A DNA stretch of 64,000 nt from a virus. Under the pieces are notes generated by a model, which saw nothing but the letters and a program-made list of their open reading frames with translations, searched no databases and was not told the origin of the DNA. The translations under genes and the position numbers were made by a program. Shown here one piece after another: positions 9,516-20,108 of this stretch (its first letter is position 1; each line of letters opens with the position of its first letter). Location: positions 83,890 to 147,889 of IMG/VR virus record IMGVR_UViG_3300036861_000610. One strand, written 5' to 3'.

Positions 9516-10358
9516 ATGCCTATTCCAGCTGGGAGCATTCCCGCCAATCTGCCTGGGATGACATGTACGTGGCCCGACGTCGGACTCCAGTTGTGCTGCG
9601 AGGACTGGGACACGTACAGCGAGTCGCTGCAGACGCAAGCCACGGATTACGCGAGGATGATTCTGTGGGCTGCCACCGGCCGCCAGTTCGGGCTATGCGA
9701 ACTGACCGTCCGGCCTTGCGGCAAGTTCTGCGAGAACTGTGATGGTGGGGGCTGGTACTACGACGGCATGGGCGCCTGGATCCCATATATCAGTAACGGC
9801 CAATGGTTCAATTGTTATTGCGGCAATAACGGACCCGGAGGCTGCTGCACCTGCTCCCCTGACTGCCAGGTATACCTCCCAGGCCCTGTGTATTCCATCA
9901 CTTCTGTGCGGATTGGTGGCGAGAGTCTGATCGTCACCGGTGGCAGCGAAATTTTCGTGCTGGATCAGCAGTGGCTGGTCCGTGTCGACACCTCAAAATG
10001 TTGGCCCCAGTGTGCCGACCAGAACAAGCCGCCGGGTGACGCCGACGCCTTCGAGGTGACCTACCTGCGCGGACTGCCAGTCCCTGACGCCCTTGCTCAG
10101 GCCTATGCATCGCTCGCCTGCGAGTACGCCAAGGCCTGCCTCGGGTTGGTGTGCCGGCTGCCGTCACGAGTCTCTTCGATCAGTCGCCAGGGCGTAACCA
10201 TATCGATGGTCGATGTCGCCGAACTGCTCCGGAACGGGCTAACAGGACTCTGGGAAGTTGACCAGGTCATTTTGGCTCTCAATCCGTACGGCCTCAAAGG
10301 CCGTACGCGTTTCTACTCCCCGGAGCTAATGGAACCTCGCCAGATTACTTTCCCGTGA
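9516..10358 (+). CDS. Head-to-tail adaptor (Cys-rich)
   Basis: ILWAATGRQFG, LACEYAKAC, RLPSRVSSISRQGV and GLTGLWEVD motifs of cluster-B-like adaptors. Confidence 0.75.
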   Translation: MPIPAGSIPANLPGMTCTWPDVGLQLCCEDWDTYSESLQTQATDYARMILWAATGRQFGLCELTVRPCGKFCENCDGGGWYYDGMGAWIPYISNGQWFNCYCGNNGPGGCCTCSPDCQVYLPGPVYSITSVRIGGESLIVTGGSEIFVLDQQWLVRVDTSKCWPQCADQNKPPGDADAFEVTYLRGLPVPDALAQAYASLACEYAKACLGLVCRLPSRVSSISRQGVTISMVDVAELLRNGLTGLWEVDQVILALNPYGLKGRTRFYSPELMEPRQITFP

Positions 10359-10368
10359 GGAAGCGGAC

Positions 10369-10926
10369 GTGACTGAACCCGCCCCAGATCTTGCTGAGGT
10401 TCTCATGGACAAACTCCTCGAATGTCTGTGCACCTACTCGCAGGCGGCCGAGGGGGCGCCAGCCCATTGTTGTTTCCGGGTGGGTACCGAGATTGCTCAC
10501 GACGCCGGCATCCTGGAAGATCAGTGCTGCGAAGGTATCGCCTATGTCGCCCTTGGTGACACCTACCCTTCCTCAGACTCGTTCCCGGAGCAGGATATTG
10601 TTCGGCAGGCAGCCGCCCACTGTGCGCCACCGACTTGGGCCCAGGCGTTTAAGGTGGGAATTATCCGATGTGCCCCCACCGGGAACCAGTTCCTGCCGCC
10701 CAGCTGCACTGACTGGAATGCGGCAGCCCGACAGAACATCATCGACGCCAAGACGCTGCGCCAGGTGGCCTGCTGCATGCGCGACTTCGTGGTGAACAAC
10801 GACAATCTGTTCTTCGGTATGTCGTTAGTGATCGAGCGCCAGACGCAGGGCAACCCGCAGGGCGGGTGCGTCGAGCGGTCCATGACCCTGACCGCCCAGT
10901 TCCCCAATTACGACTGTGCCTGCTGA
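10369..10926 (+). CDS. Head-tail connector / tail terminator-like protein
   Basis: Synteny; VGIIRCAP and GNPQGGC motifs. Confidence 0.6.
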   Translation: MTEPAPDLAEVLMDKLLECLCTYSQAAEGAPAHCCFRVGTEIAHDAGILEDQCCEGIAYVALGDTYPSSDSFPEQDIVRQAAAHCAPPTWAQAFKVGIIRCAPTGNQFLPPSCTDWNAAARQNIIDAKTLRQVACCMRDFVVNNDNLFFGMSLVIERQTQGNPQGGCVERSMTLTAQFPNYDCAC

Positions 10927-11405
10927 TGGGTGAGTACCAGGTCTACCAGGTGCGGCTGCGGGCGCAGACCATGTTCATTGCTCGTCGGCAGGCCGAAAAG
11001 GCACTGAGGGCGATGCAGGATGAGGCGAAGGCGAATGCAAGCAGGGGCCCGTACAGTAATGGGCGCCTGGCTGAAAGCATCTACCGCTCGGGGCCGCGTG
11101 TGGTGGGGTGGAGTGCCTCGGGATCAGTTGGCAGCCGACTGTCCTACGCCAAAATTGTAGAGAAGGGCGCCAAGATACACCCCATCTTCCCGAAGGGTGT
11201 CACCGTCTATCGTTTCGGGAAAGTGTCCCGGCCGGCATTGAAGTTCCAGTGGCGTGGACGGACTGCGTACTTCAACCAGATCCCTGGCGTTCCCGGGACT
11301 ATTGGTCGGTCGCATCCGGGGCAGCCCGGAAAGCACTACCTTGCCAGGGCCCTTCTAAGCGTGGCGGCACGGTACAACCTGCGGGTTATCGTTCGCGACA
11401 TCTAG
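10926..11405 (+). CDS. HK97 gp10-like neck/tail-completion protein
   Basis: TGATG coupling; basic; GRLAESI, YAKIVEKGA, HPGQPGKHYL. Confidence 0.65.
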   Translation: MGEYQVYQVRLRAQTMFIARRQAEKALRAMQDEAKANASRGPYSNGRLAESIYRSGPRVVGWSASGSVGSRLSYAKIVEKGAKIHPIFPKGVTVYRFGKVSRPALKFQWRGRTAYFNQIPGVPGTIGRSHPGQPGKHYLARALLSVAARYNLRVIVRDI

Positions 11406-11415
11406 TATCGGGCGC

Positions 11416-11769
11416 ATGACCACTCCTGATCCTGGACGAGAGACGCAGCCCGTTAATGTGCACGGACGTACGGTCATCGTCAGAAAGCTCCTCGACACGC
11501 AGATAATGCTCCTGGCCAGAGAGGCCAAGATTCTGCAGCGCGACGACATCAGCAACACCCGCAAGCTCGATGGAATCGACCGGATGTTCTCCATTCTGGA
11601 GTCGGTCGTCATCTCCGAGGACGACCAGATGTACATGCAGGACCTCATGGTGAAAGGCGAGCTAGATCTCCGTGAGTTGATCACCTTTGTGACTGCATTC
11701 AACACCGACGACGACGGCGTTGAGAAGCCAGCTCGGGTGCGTCGTGGCCGGACGCCGGCCAAGCGGTAA
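11416..11769 (+). CDS. Probable tail assembly chaperone
   Basis: Position two genes before the tape measure gene; 117 aa. Confidence 0.55.
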   Translation: MTTPDPGRETQPVNVHGRTVIVRKLLDTQIMLLAREAKILQRDDISNTRKLDGIDRMFSILESVVISEDDQMYMQDLMVKGELDLRELITFVTAFNTDDDGVEKPARVRRGRTPAKR

Positions 11770-12361
11770 CCGTCCCAGCTCCGGCGGATTGCCCACGGAA
11801 CTGTCGACGGCACAAACGAGGCCTGCACCCACGCCCAAGCTGAATGTCGACCCAGTGTGGTCGCTGAAGCCATGGCCGGCGACGGTGCTTCTTGGGGCCG
11901 TAGAATTCACGATCCCCGCCATGGCGGCGGCGGACTGGCTCGCGTATCTGATGCAGCCAGCTCCCGACATCGACGGCATGATCTTGGACCTTTTCGACGG
12001 TGGTGAAGAACTTCTCTACACCGAAAAAGTGACGGTCGAAGACCTATACGAAACATGCCTTGAGCTGGTTGCCATGGTGTGTGCTCGGCCGTGGTGGGTA
12101 GCCCTTCGGCAGATCAACATTGCCCGGAGTTCGTGGCATATCTTGGGGCCCAAACTGCTGGAGCGCGTCGACCTGGAGCGCGTCTCCATCGCCGCCTTCC
12201 TGGACGTTCTTCTGGTCGTCACCCTGGAAAGCATGGAGCCGAAGGAGACGGCCATGTTCATCTTGAAGCTGGAGGCAGTCCCTGCTGAGTTGGCCACCGA
12301 ACAGCCAGCTCCAATCGATTCGATGGAAATGGACCGTGGCGCCTTCCTTTCTATGCAGTGA
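11720..12361 (+). CDS. Probable second tail assembly chaperone (start uncertain)
   Basis: Directly precedes the tape measure gene; RPWWVALR motif. Confidence 0.55.
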   Translation: MRSQLGCVVAGRRPSGNRPSSGGLPTELSTAQTRPAPTPKLNVDPVWSLKPWPATVLLGAVEFTIPAMAAADWLAYLMQPAPDIDGMILDLFDGGEELLYTEKVTVEDLYETCLELVAMVCARPWWVALRQINIARSSWHILGPKLLERVDLERVSIAAFLDVLLVVTLESMEPKETAMFILKLEAVPAELATEQPAPIDSMEMDRGAFLSMQ

Positions 12362-12433
12362 TCGTTAAACTGGTGCGCAGTGCCGCTTGCCCTGCCTGCG
12401 CACATCACATGAGCTTTGAGGGGTGATGTTGTC

Positions 12434-14560
12434 GTGAGCGGGCCGTTGGGTGCAGCCGATGCTGTTGGCGTTGCCTGGGCCGATGTACGTTTCCGCGGCG
12501 ACAAAGCTCCCAAAGACGTTGCCAACATCCTGGATGATGCCAGCGATGAGGGCGACGCCAAGATGGCGGACACGGGTGACAAGTGGGGCGAGACCCTCGA
12601 CGAACACCTAAAGAAAAGTACTAAGAATACAGGCCGAGACGTTGCCCGGGGCATCTCCGCCGGCATCGAACGCGAAGGCTTCGAGATCTCCCGAGCCACA
12701 TTGCGATTCGACCGCAACGGAAACGCCACATCCACCTGGGTGTCGTACGTCGCCAAAGACCTTGAGAAGGTAATCAAGGACAGCGGCTCCTCCGGTGGCT
12801 TTAACAAGGTCGGCGAGGCCCTTGGAAGCGCCATCGGTGCCGGCTTCAACGTTTCCGGCAAGTCCCCCCTCATCGCGTTCCTGATCCCCGTAATCGGTCT
12901 CATTGTCGAAGCTGTGGGTGCGGCTATTGAGGCCGTCGCTGCGCTCACCTCCCTGCTGGTTCCGGTCCCAAATATTCTCTTCGCCCTTGGCTTGCAGGCA
13001 GGAGTTCTGCTTCTGGCTTTCCAGGGCATGGGCGACGCCATCAAGAACGCGTTTGCTGCCAAAGATGCCGAAGAGCTAGACAAGGCATTGAAGGGGCTTG
13101 CGCCTGCGGCAGCGACTTTTGTCCGAGAATTGTTGCCCCTGCGAGATGTCTTCAAAAATCTGAAGAATGAGGCACAGCAAGGATTTTTCAGCGGACTGAC
13201 CGACCTGGGCGAGATCATCGGTCCTGACACTGCCTTGATCAAGACCCTTAACAGCCAAGTCGGCCCCCTGGCTGAGACATTGGGCAGTCTGGCAACGACA
13301 GTGCTGCGGTTCTTCAACGACCCAGTGTTCATCCAGTTCCTGAATACGGTTGTTCCCTCCACCATCGACTGGTTGAGGCAGCTCGGGCCAGCGATTGTCC
13401 AACTGCTGACCGGACTCTCTGAATTTGGTACGGCAGTTACGCCTTTCGTGAACTGGTTCGGCCAGGTTTTCAATCAGGCCATTTTTGACCTAGGTGTCTG
13501 GCTAGATGACCTGGCTCACAACACGGTGTTCCTCAAGTGGCTGGATGAGGTCAAGGGAGACCTGAGCGACGTTTGGGACCTGCTGACTCAGGCCGGCGAA
13601 CTCATCATGGCCTTCGTCCACTCTTTGAATGCTGCTGGCGAAGAGAATGGTGGCTTCATTGCCGCCCTTACAGAGCAGCTCAAAATGTTGACAGATTTCT
13701 TTAAATCGCCTCTAGGTGAAGGCGCCCTACGTGCTCTGATGAGCATTGCCGTTGTGTTGAGTCAGATTCTGATTGGCTCGCTTCTTACGATCAGTGTCAT
13801 CCTCGTCGCCATCGAAGGTCTTCGTATGGCGGTTGTCGACCTATTCCATGGAATCGGAGGATTCCTCTCAAGTCTCGGTGACAAATGGGACGAGTTTTGG
13901 GCCAAGGTCGAGTGGGCCTGGAATACGTTCATCGAAAACATCACCCACGGTTTTGCCTCGTTCCGGGACAGCGCGATTGCTGTCTTGACTGGATTCCGGG
14001 ACGACGTGTCCAACTACTTCACCAGTATCCGGGACAACATCATCGACTCTTTCAATAACACCATCGAAAGGGTGCGTAACTTCTTCGGCGGCCTCGGCGG
14101 AAATATTGCCGACGCTGTCGGCAACCTCGGCGGCGTGCTATGGAATGCAGGAGTTAACCTGATTCAAGGCCTGATCAACGGCGCCCTCGCCATGATCGGA
14201 CCACTGAAGAGTGCCTTCTCCTGGCTCATGAACAACGGTGTCTTGAGCTTCCTGCCGCACTCTCCCGCCAAGGAGGGGCCGCTGTCCGGTGAAGGTGACC
14301 CGATGATCGCTGGTGCCACCATCGTCCAGCGCATCGCCACCGGTATGGAAATGGAAGCCCCAGCCTTGCAGAGCGCCTCGGCCGTGGCTACCTCGAATGT
14401 TCTTCTGGGGACCGGTGCCGTACAGATGAACTTCTACGGCGCCACCCCGACCAACGCCCAAGCCGGCGGCATTGGGGCGGCTGCCGGCAACAGTCTCGCC
14501 ACCACCCTTGCTCAACGCAATACACGTCTGGCTGTTCGAAGCCTCGGATCGGGGATCTGA
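12434..14560 (+). CDS. Tape measure protein
   Basis: About 708 aa, helical and amphipathic with W/F periodicity; C-terminal LPHSPAKEGPLSG motif typical of actinophage tape measure proteins. Confidence 0.85.
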   Translation: MSGPLGAADAVGVAWADVRFRGDKAPKDVANILDDASDEGDAKMADTGDKWGETLDEHLKKSTKNTGRDVARGISAGIEREGFEISRATLRFDRNGNATSTWVSYVAKDLEKVIKDSGSSGGFNKVGEALGSAIGAGFNVSGKSPLIAFLIPVIGLIVEAVGAAIEAVAALTSLLVPVPNILFALGLQAGVLLLAFQGMGDAIKNAFAAKDAEELDKALKGLAPAAATFVRELLPLRDVFKNLKNEAQQGFFSGLTDLGEIIGPDTALIKTLNSQVGPLAETLGSLATTVLRFFNDPVFIQFLNTVVPSTIDWLRQLGPAIVQLLTGLSEFGTAVTPFVNWFGQVFNQAIFDLGVWLDDLAHNTVFLKWLDEVKGDLSDVWDLLTQAGELIMAFVHSLNAAGEENGGFIAALTEQLKMLTDFFKSPLGEGALRALMSIAVVLSQILIGSLLTISVILVAIEGLRMAVVDLFHGIGGFLSSLGDKWDEFWAKVEWAWNTFIENITHGFASFRDSAIAVLTGFRDDVSNYFTSIRDNIIDSFNNTIERVRNFFGGLGGNIADAVGNLGGVLWNAGVNLIQGLINGALAMIGPLKSAFSWLMNNGVLSFLPHSPAKEGPLSGEGDPMIAGATIVQRIATGMEMEAPALQSASAVATSNVLLGTGAVQMNFYGATPTNAQAGGIGAAAGNSLATTLAQRNTRLAVRSLGSGI

Positions 14561-17500
14561 TGGGAATTTACAACCCCCGCAACCCACAGAACATCGGCCA
14601 GGAATGGGTGCCGATCCGCGATGAGGACTTGGTCCTCAACCCGTTCGCGAACACAATCGAACGTGGTTACAGCTTCCGGCTACCAACCTCCACAACTGTT
14701 GACAATGTTCACTTCTACCTGAAGCAGTGGCCGAATGAATTCGGCAGCAATATGGTCTACACGGCCAGCATTTATCCGAACGGACAGGAAGCGGCCTCAG
14801 GTCCTGTACGTTCGGTCATTATTCCATGTAACTATGCCGAGGTCACAGGGTCGGCAATCATTCAGACTTTTCCTGGTCTAACCACTGCCCAGAATTTGTT
14901 TGCCAATGGCGACAACTACTTTTTGTTCTGGACCATGGGGCAGGCCAACCCCGAAGAATGGGGTTTGTCAACATTTTTCGCTGTCAATAGTTATGCACCG
15001 CTACTGAATGGTAAGCGTATCCTCGGCGTTGACCTACTCGCGGGTATCAATGTACTAAATCAAGGTTTCAGCATCGAGGAATCTTTCCAGAGTGTTCGCG
15101 TAGATGTGGCAACAGACTTTGGCTACACCCCTCTCTCTTATGACACGATGCGTCTGCCGGACCTGATCACTAATCGGACCCCGGAGTCAACAAAAGAAAC
15201 TGTGCGCATGCACATGGGCGATGCTAACCGTTTCTTTGGGGTTGGAAGCGGGACAAGCGCCGGCATTAATCAAATCATGCCTTGGACCTTTTCTGAATTG
15301 GCACGATTTGAGGCCGGGGCAGTAAATAGACTTCGTGTCAGATTCGGGGAGTCTGGGGTTTCGGCTGCACTGGGACCACAGTTCCAGTTCGAATATTGTG
15401 CTCTGGAAGTGTTTTATTGCGAAGAGTCCCGGGTCGCCATGGGCTCGAAAATATTCAATGACGATATTCCTAATCGGCCCTCACGTGATCCTTTTGTACT
15501 GGGCGCCAATTCCATCACTGTTCGTAACCCATTAACTGCAGCCACTGGTCCAATTCTGCCCAATGGTGACTACACGGTCACTATCTCTGAATCGAACCTT
15601 GGCGACAACTACTACGCCAATCTATATCGCACCGTGGCCCAATTGAACGAAGTTCGACAGCTATACGAGCTGCCCTCGCACCCGGGCGTACAAATCAACC
15701 TACCGTTCCCGCTGAACGAGAATACGATTGGCTCCGAGTTCACGAGCCAGTCGACAGACCTAATTCCTCAGCTGACGATGCACACGTCCACGGGCGCACT
15801 GATCGAATACAGCCACGTCTATGGTCAGCAGTCCGCGGCGCAGGTCTACTCCACCAACACCGCCAGCCAGGAGGTCGACGACCGCTTCGTGGGGGCGGCT
15901 CGCCAGTGGCCGTGGGTAAGGTACTACGCCCGCCGGTTCGGCAAAACAACTATTCCACTGCGCTTGGACAGTGCGAGTCCCACCGTATCCGGGTCCGCCT
16001 TCGCGGTTCAGATCACGCCAACGGAATTTGACGCCCTCCCGGAAATCACCGATGGCTGGAAGGAGATCACGCTCCGATTCCCCACCCCTCCGACCATGGG
16101 TACCGGCTCGGTCCCCACCTGGCGCTGGTCGGCCACCAACGAAACCGCCGGCAACCGCTGGGAGGTGCTTGGTGCAACTGCCCCCGCCGTCTCAGGAATC
16201 GTGCAGGACGTCAACACCAACTTCTGGCTGCCTTTCGCCCAGGTTCCTACCCCCCAGCGGCTATACCTTGGCACTTATGGCTACCCCGTGTCCGGCGCAG
16301 CCATCAACGAGGACTGGCTTCCGCAGTGGGGGCCGTACGTCTCAGGTACAACCTTCGACAACGCTTCCGATGCAGTCATCATCTTCTCGCAGTACATTCC
16401 GCCAATCACCGGCTTCGGCGTCATCACTGCGAGCCAAGCAATTACGGGAATTGGGCAGAACTGCGGTATCGATCCCTGTGGAATACCAACAGATATTCTC
16501 TACAATCGACTGTTCTGGAGCCCTCCAGTAAACACTGGATCTGCGTGGGATGACTTCACTCGAACTGTGAGTAATAGCCTTGGGACGTCCTCGTCGGGAG
16601 GCACATACTCGACCACAGGGGCCGCCACGCAGTATGCCGTAAACGGAACCCAAGCGGTGTTTACGCCTGACACTACTGCCGTACAGGCTATTGGCACATT
16701 GCCCATTGGCCCTAACTTCGACGTAACGGTGAAGTTCTCTCTCAATGGAATTCTGAATGCCTCTAGCTCCGCCCGGGTGGGAGTCGTTGGTCGCTTTACC
16801 GACTCCAACAACTTCTATGACGCCACTATCACAACTATCGCCGGAAGTATTACGTCCGTATCAGTGCGAAAAGTCGTGGCTGGCGTTACTACAATCTTGG
16901 ATTCATTGTCACCGGCTGCACCGAGTTTTGACTATGGGAACATGGTCAATATTCGATTCATGGGATCGGGACCATTCCTGAAGGCGAAGGTGTGGAGTGA
17001 TCACGTCGATGAACCAACAATGTGGTTGCTGGAGTTCACCGACACCTCCTTGACGACCGGGAACGGGGCCGGGATCGCAGCGTCGGTCACCACCAACAGT
17101 CTCGGCTTGTCGGTTCTGTTCGACGACCTTCGGATTACGCCGCCGCAGTTCTGGTTCGGCTCCTACGAGCTGCAGCGCTCAGACGAGATCACCGACTGGC
17201 AAACAATCATGTTGGCCACAAATCCAGCTGTCACTGGCTTCAATGACTACGAAGCCCGCACCGGCATGATCAGCAACTACCGCATCCGAACCCTGGACCA
17301 CTATGACTTCCCAAGCGACTGGTCGAATACCGTCAGTATCAGTCTGGCCTCGCCAGGAGTCTCTGGCTCATGCCTGAGCCAGGCCCATGTCATGATCTTC
17401 ACAACGAACGAACATCAAAGCGGCTATTCTAACTTGGCTTACTCCAACGCATGGGAGGGCCAGGTAAACGAAGACTTCGCCTTCGCCGAGGCCGGATTCA

Positions 17501-17823
17501 CGCAGCTGCAGCCGATGTATGACCGCGATTTCTTCACTGCGTTCAGGCCAAGAGAGCGTGGCGGCGACCAGTTCGGTCGAACACTCCTCGTCCAGGCCGC
17601 AGCCATCGACCCGGCCACATTGCCCGGATTCAAGGCGCTGAGCGACATGGCCTGGGCGGACGTGTCCTACATCTGCGTCCGCGACGAAGACGGCAACCGC
17701 TGGTTCGCCAGCATCAACGTTCCCTCGGGCGTGGTGCAGAATCGCCGACAGCTTTATATGGCCACTGTTCAGATCGTGGAAGTCACTGACACGCCATCAC
17801 CGGTGGACCCGACATGGCCTTAA
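14560..17823 (+). CDS. Large minor tail protein (beta-rich, probable receptor-binding inserts)
   Basis: 1087 aa directly after the tape measure gene; Thr/Ser/Gly-rich beta domains. Confidence 0.75.
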   Translation: MGIYNPRNPQNIGQEWVPIRDEDLVLNPFANTIERGYSFRLPTSTTVDNVHFYLKQWPNEFGSNMVYTASIYPNGQEAASGPVRSVIIPCNYAEVTGSAIIQTFPGLTTAQNLFANGDNYFLFWTMGQANPEEWGLSTFFAVNSYAPLLNGKRILGVDLLAGINVLNQGFSIEESFQSVRVDVATDFGYTPLSYDTMRLPDLITNRTPESTKETVRMHMGDANRFFGVGSGTSAGINQIMPWTFSELARFEAGAVNRLRVRFGESGVSAALGPQFQFEYCALEVFYCEESRVAMGSKIFNDDIPNRPSRDPFVLGANSITVRNPLTAATGPILPNGDYTVTISESNLGDNYYANLYRTVAQLNEVRQLYELPSHPGVQINLPFPLNENTIGSEFTSQSTDLIPQLTMHTSTGALIEYSHVYGQQSAAQVYSTNTASQEVDDRFVGAARQWPWVRYYARRFGKTTIPLRLDSASPTVSGSAFAVQITPTEFDALPEITDGWKEITLRFPTPPTMGTGSVPTWRWSATNETAGNRWEVLGATAPAVSGIVQDVNTNFWLPFAQVPTPQRLYLGTYGYPVSGAAINEDWLPQWGPYVSGTTFDNASDAVIIFSQYIPPITGFGVITASQAITGIGQNCGIDPCGIPTDILYNRLFWSPPVNTGSAWDDFTRTVSNSLGTSSSGGTYSTTGAATQYAVNGTQAVFTPDTTAVQAIGTLPIGPNFDVTVKFSLNGILNASSSARVGVVGRFTDSNNFYDATITTIAGSITSVSVRKVVAGVTTILDSLSPAAPSFDYGNMVNIRFMGSGPFLKAKVWSDHVDEPTMWLLEFTDTSLTTGNGAGIAASVTTNSLGLSVLFDDLRITPPQFWFGSYELQRSDEITDWQTIMLATNPAVTGFNDYEARTGMISNYRIRTLDHYDFPSDWSNTVSISLASPGVSGSCLSQAHVMIFTTNEHQSGYSNLAYSNAWEGQVNEDFAFAEAGFTQLQPMYDRDFFTAFRPRERGGDQFGRTLLVQAAAIDPATLPGFKALSDMAWADVSYICVRDEDGNRWFASINVPSGVVQNRRQLYMATVQIVEVTDTPSPVDPTWP

Positions 17824-18938
17824 CGAACTTCCCGTACGATCCGCTGCTCGACCTGGCTCCTTGGGTCGGGCAGCGGCAGTGCACCTACCGCTTCGTCCGA
17901 ATGAACAGCGTCACTGGCCAATTTATGGGTGAAGTTCATCCGATCCGATCCAGTCCGACAATCTCTCACGACACTACTCGGACAATCAAGCGGCAGCTCA
18001 ACTTGAGCCTAGGTGCCGAGGACACTCGCGACATCAATGTGATCCAGGATCGGATCATCCCGTACATGGTGTTCCCAAACGGCGCCGAATATCAGCTCGG
18101 GGTGTTCGTCTTCACTCAGCAGTCGAATCAGATCTTCACTAGTGGTGAATTGTCAAACGTTGTATTGAATGACGAGATGTACATAATCGACCAACAGATA
18201 ACCAAAGGATTTGACGCCTCAAATCTGTCACTAACGGCCACAGCTGGTGTTCCAAATGTTGTCATTGGAACGGGCATTGCCAACCGCGGCGCTTCTCTTA
18301 GTAGGGTATTGAACATCCTCCTAGAGGATTTCAATGTCCGTGTTGAAATCGAGTCATCTGAGTTCGTAGTTAATCAGTCCTGGTCGGCCGGGACGATGCG
18401 CGGTTCCATCATCGAGGCAGCTGCCCTAGTTACGGACTATTTCAGCCCATGGTTTGATAATCAAGGAATTTTCCAATTCATCCGGGCATTCAACCCAGCT
18501 TTGGCTATCCCTGATTTCGATTGGGACGCAGGCAACCAGGTGATGCGGTCCAGTATTCTGCAACAATCTGACGTACTTAACGCCCCAAATCGCTTCGTTG
18601 TTATCTCGAATGCCCCTGGAGAGCCTGGCGCCGCAGTCTTCGGTATTGCGGACGTTCCCGTCAATGCACCGAACTCGTTCGAGAACCGTGGATTCTACAT
18701 TCCAAGCGTTGTTGATATGCAGGTGCTGAACATCCCACAATGTCAGGCAATTGCTCGGAATTTGGCCGAACGTCAAACCATCGTAGAGACAACCACGCTA
18801 ACAACAGCACCAGACCCTCGCCACGACAGCTATAACGTAATTAAGTGGCGAGGCGAACAATGGTTGGAGCTTTCCTGGCAGATGACGCTGTCCGAGGGGC
18901 AGCCCATGTCGCACACGCTAAGAAGGTCGTACCACTGA
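17814..18938 (+). CDS. Minor tail protein (hub-like)
   Basis: Synteny; APNRFVV and PDPRHDSYNVI motifs. Confidence 0.7.
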   Translation: MALTNFPYDPLLDLAPWVGQRQCTYRFVRMNSVTGQFMGEVHPIRSSPTISHDTTRTIKRQLNLSLGAEDTRDINVIQDRIIPYMVFPNGAEYQLGVFVFTQQSNQIFTSGELSNVVLNDEMYIIDQQITKGFDASNLSLTATAGVPNVVIGTGIANRGASLSRVLNILLEDFNVRVEIESSEFVVNQSWSAGTMRGSIIEAAALVTDYFSPWFDNQGIFQFIRAFNPALAIPDFDWDAGNQVMRSSILQQSDVLNAPNRFVVISNAPGEPGAAVFGIADVPVNAPNSFENRGFYIPSVVDMQVLNIPQCQAIARNLAERQTIVETTTLTTAPDPRHDSYNVIKWRGEQWLELSWQMTLSEGQPMSHTLRRSYH

Positions 18939-19639
18939 TGGAGTCCATTTTCAATGATCAAACGACGATAGCAAACATTATTTCCGCCGGAGCCAAGCAG
19001 CTTATTGACAATGCAAAAGCATTGGGGCTTACCTGGACTATTAGAATTAGCACAATAGTTAACTCGGGCCCCGACGCCATCACCGGAATTATGGACGGCG
19101 ACACCGTTCCTATTGGCCTCACCAATATGAGTGGTCTTGAAATACGATCCGGCGACCGCGTCTACGTCATCATCACTCCCCCGTCGGGAAACTTCATTTC
19201 CGGCAAGGTCGTTGTAGAAGACCTACGCCTCGGTGCCAACTGTGTCAACTTCGACAGCCTCACCGCCGGCTCCACCACTTCAGCGGTATATGTCGATCAG
19301 CCCGGATCGCCTTCGTTGGCCTTGACCAAGAAGTACGACGGCACCAGCCTAAGATTTGCCTGGGCTCAGACATACTACACGGGATCTCCGGTCAATGCCC
19401 TATTCGCCGTTACCACAGCAGCCGGAAACCAAGTGTTCTTGGCCAAGCATTTCGGTACCAACGGCGCGACCAACTCACATACCCCTATCAGTGGAGTGGC
19501 ATCGGCTGTAGGCATCCCCGCCGGAACGATGATATGGGTCGGAGCGTGGGCCACAGCCGGCGGCGGTGGCGGTGACCTCAAGGTTGATAGCGGGGATTTC
19601 TGGTCTTGCTGCATCGAAGAATTTTGGCCAACGGACTGA
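18938..19639 (+). CDS. Minor tail protein
   Basis: TGATG coupling; N-terminal OB-like GDRVYV segment and C-terminal beta-sandwich-like region. Confidence 0.6.
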   Translation: MESIFNDQTTIANIISAGAKQLIDNAKALGLTWTIRISTIVNSGPDAITGIMDGDTVPIGLTNMSGLEIRSGDRVYVIITPPSGNFISGKVVVEDLRLGANCVNFDSLTAGSTTSAVYVDQPGSPSLALTKKYDGTSLRFAWAQTYYTGSPVNALFAVTTAAGNQVFLAKHFGTNGATNSHTPISGVASAVGIPAGTMIWVGAWATAGGGGGDLKVDSGDFWSCCIEEFWPTD

Positions 19640-19666
19640 CCCCTGGTCAACAAGGAGGCACGAGGC

Positions 19667-19975
19667 ATGTCATACAACTTCACAGACCCACTGGTTGCGA
19701 GGCTGATCAACTCAACCCACACACCGACAGAAATACCCCCAGTCAGCGATGTGCTAGATCCAACTCGCCCGATCGAGCTGACTCTGATATGTGGTCGATG
19801 CCGCAATGTATGGCCATGCCCTCCCGTACAGCAGTATCGGGACTACATCACAGCGTCCCAGGCTGTTGCCGTCGCCCAAGCTAGGGATGCAGGGTCACAC
19901 ATTGCTCCAGGTAATGACGCCCGCATAACGCCGTCAGGTCCTTCGAAAGTTCGAGATGCCTTCAGTCGAGGGTGA
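19667..19975 (+). CDS. Hypothetical protein with CxxC...WPC motif
   Basis: AGGAGG RBS; CGRCRNVWPC. Confidence 0.55.
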   Translation: MSYNFTDPLVARLINSTHTPTEIPPVSDVLDPTRPIELTLICGRCRNVWPCPPVQQYRDYITASQAVAVAQARDAGSHIAPGNDARITPSGPSKVRDAFSRG

Positions 19976-20005
19976 CGGAGTGTCGCGTACATCCTTGAAG
20001 TGTTG

Positions 20006-20034
20006 CGCCGGTCACCCTGTTAATGTGACCGGCG
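20006..20034. terminator. Hairpin between the tail module and the glycosylation module
   Basis: CGCCGGTCAC-9 nt-GTGACCGGCG. Confidence 0.5.
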
Positions 20035-20108
20035 ATAGAAAGCTGGGGCAAATTTGAACGCCTGACCGAGGTAAAGGAGTCCGTGATGGATGCGGGTGAA
20101 GGTCAACA

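Noticed and set aside
11700-11770. Programmed -1 frameshift between the tail assembly chaperones
   Set aside because: The second ORF is in the +1 frame and I see no XXXYYYZ slippery heptamer.
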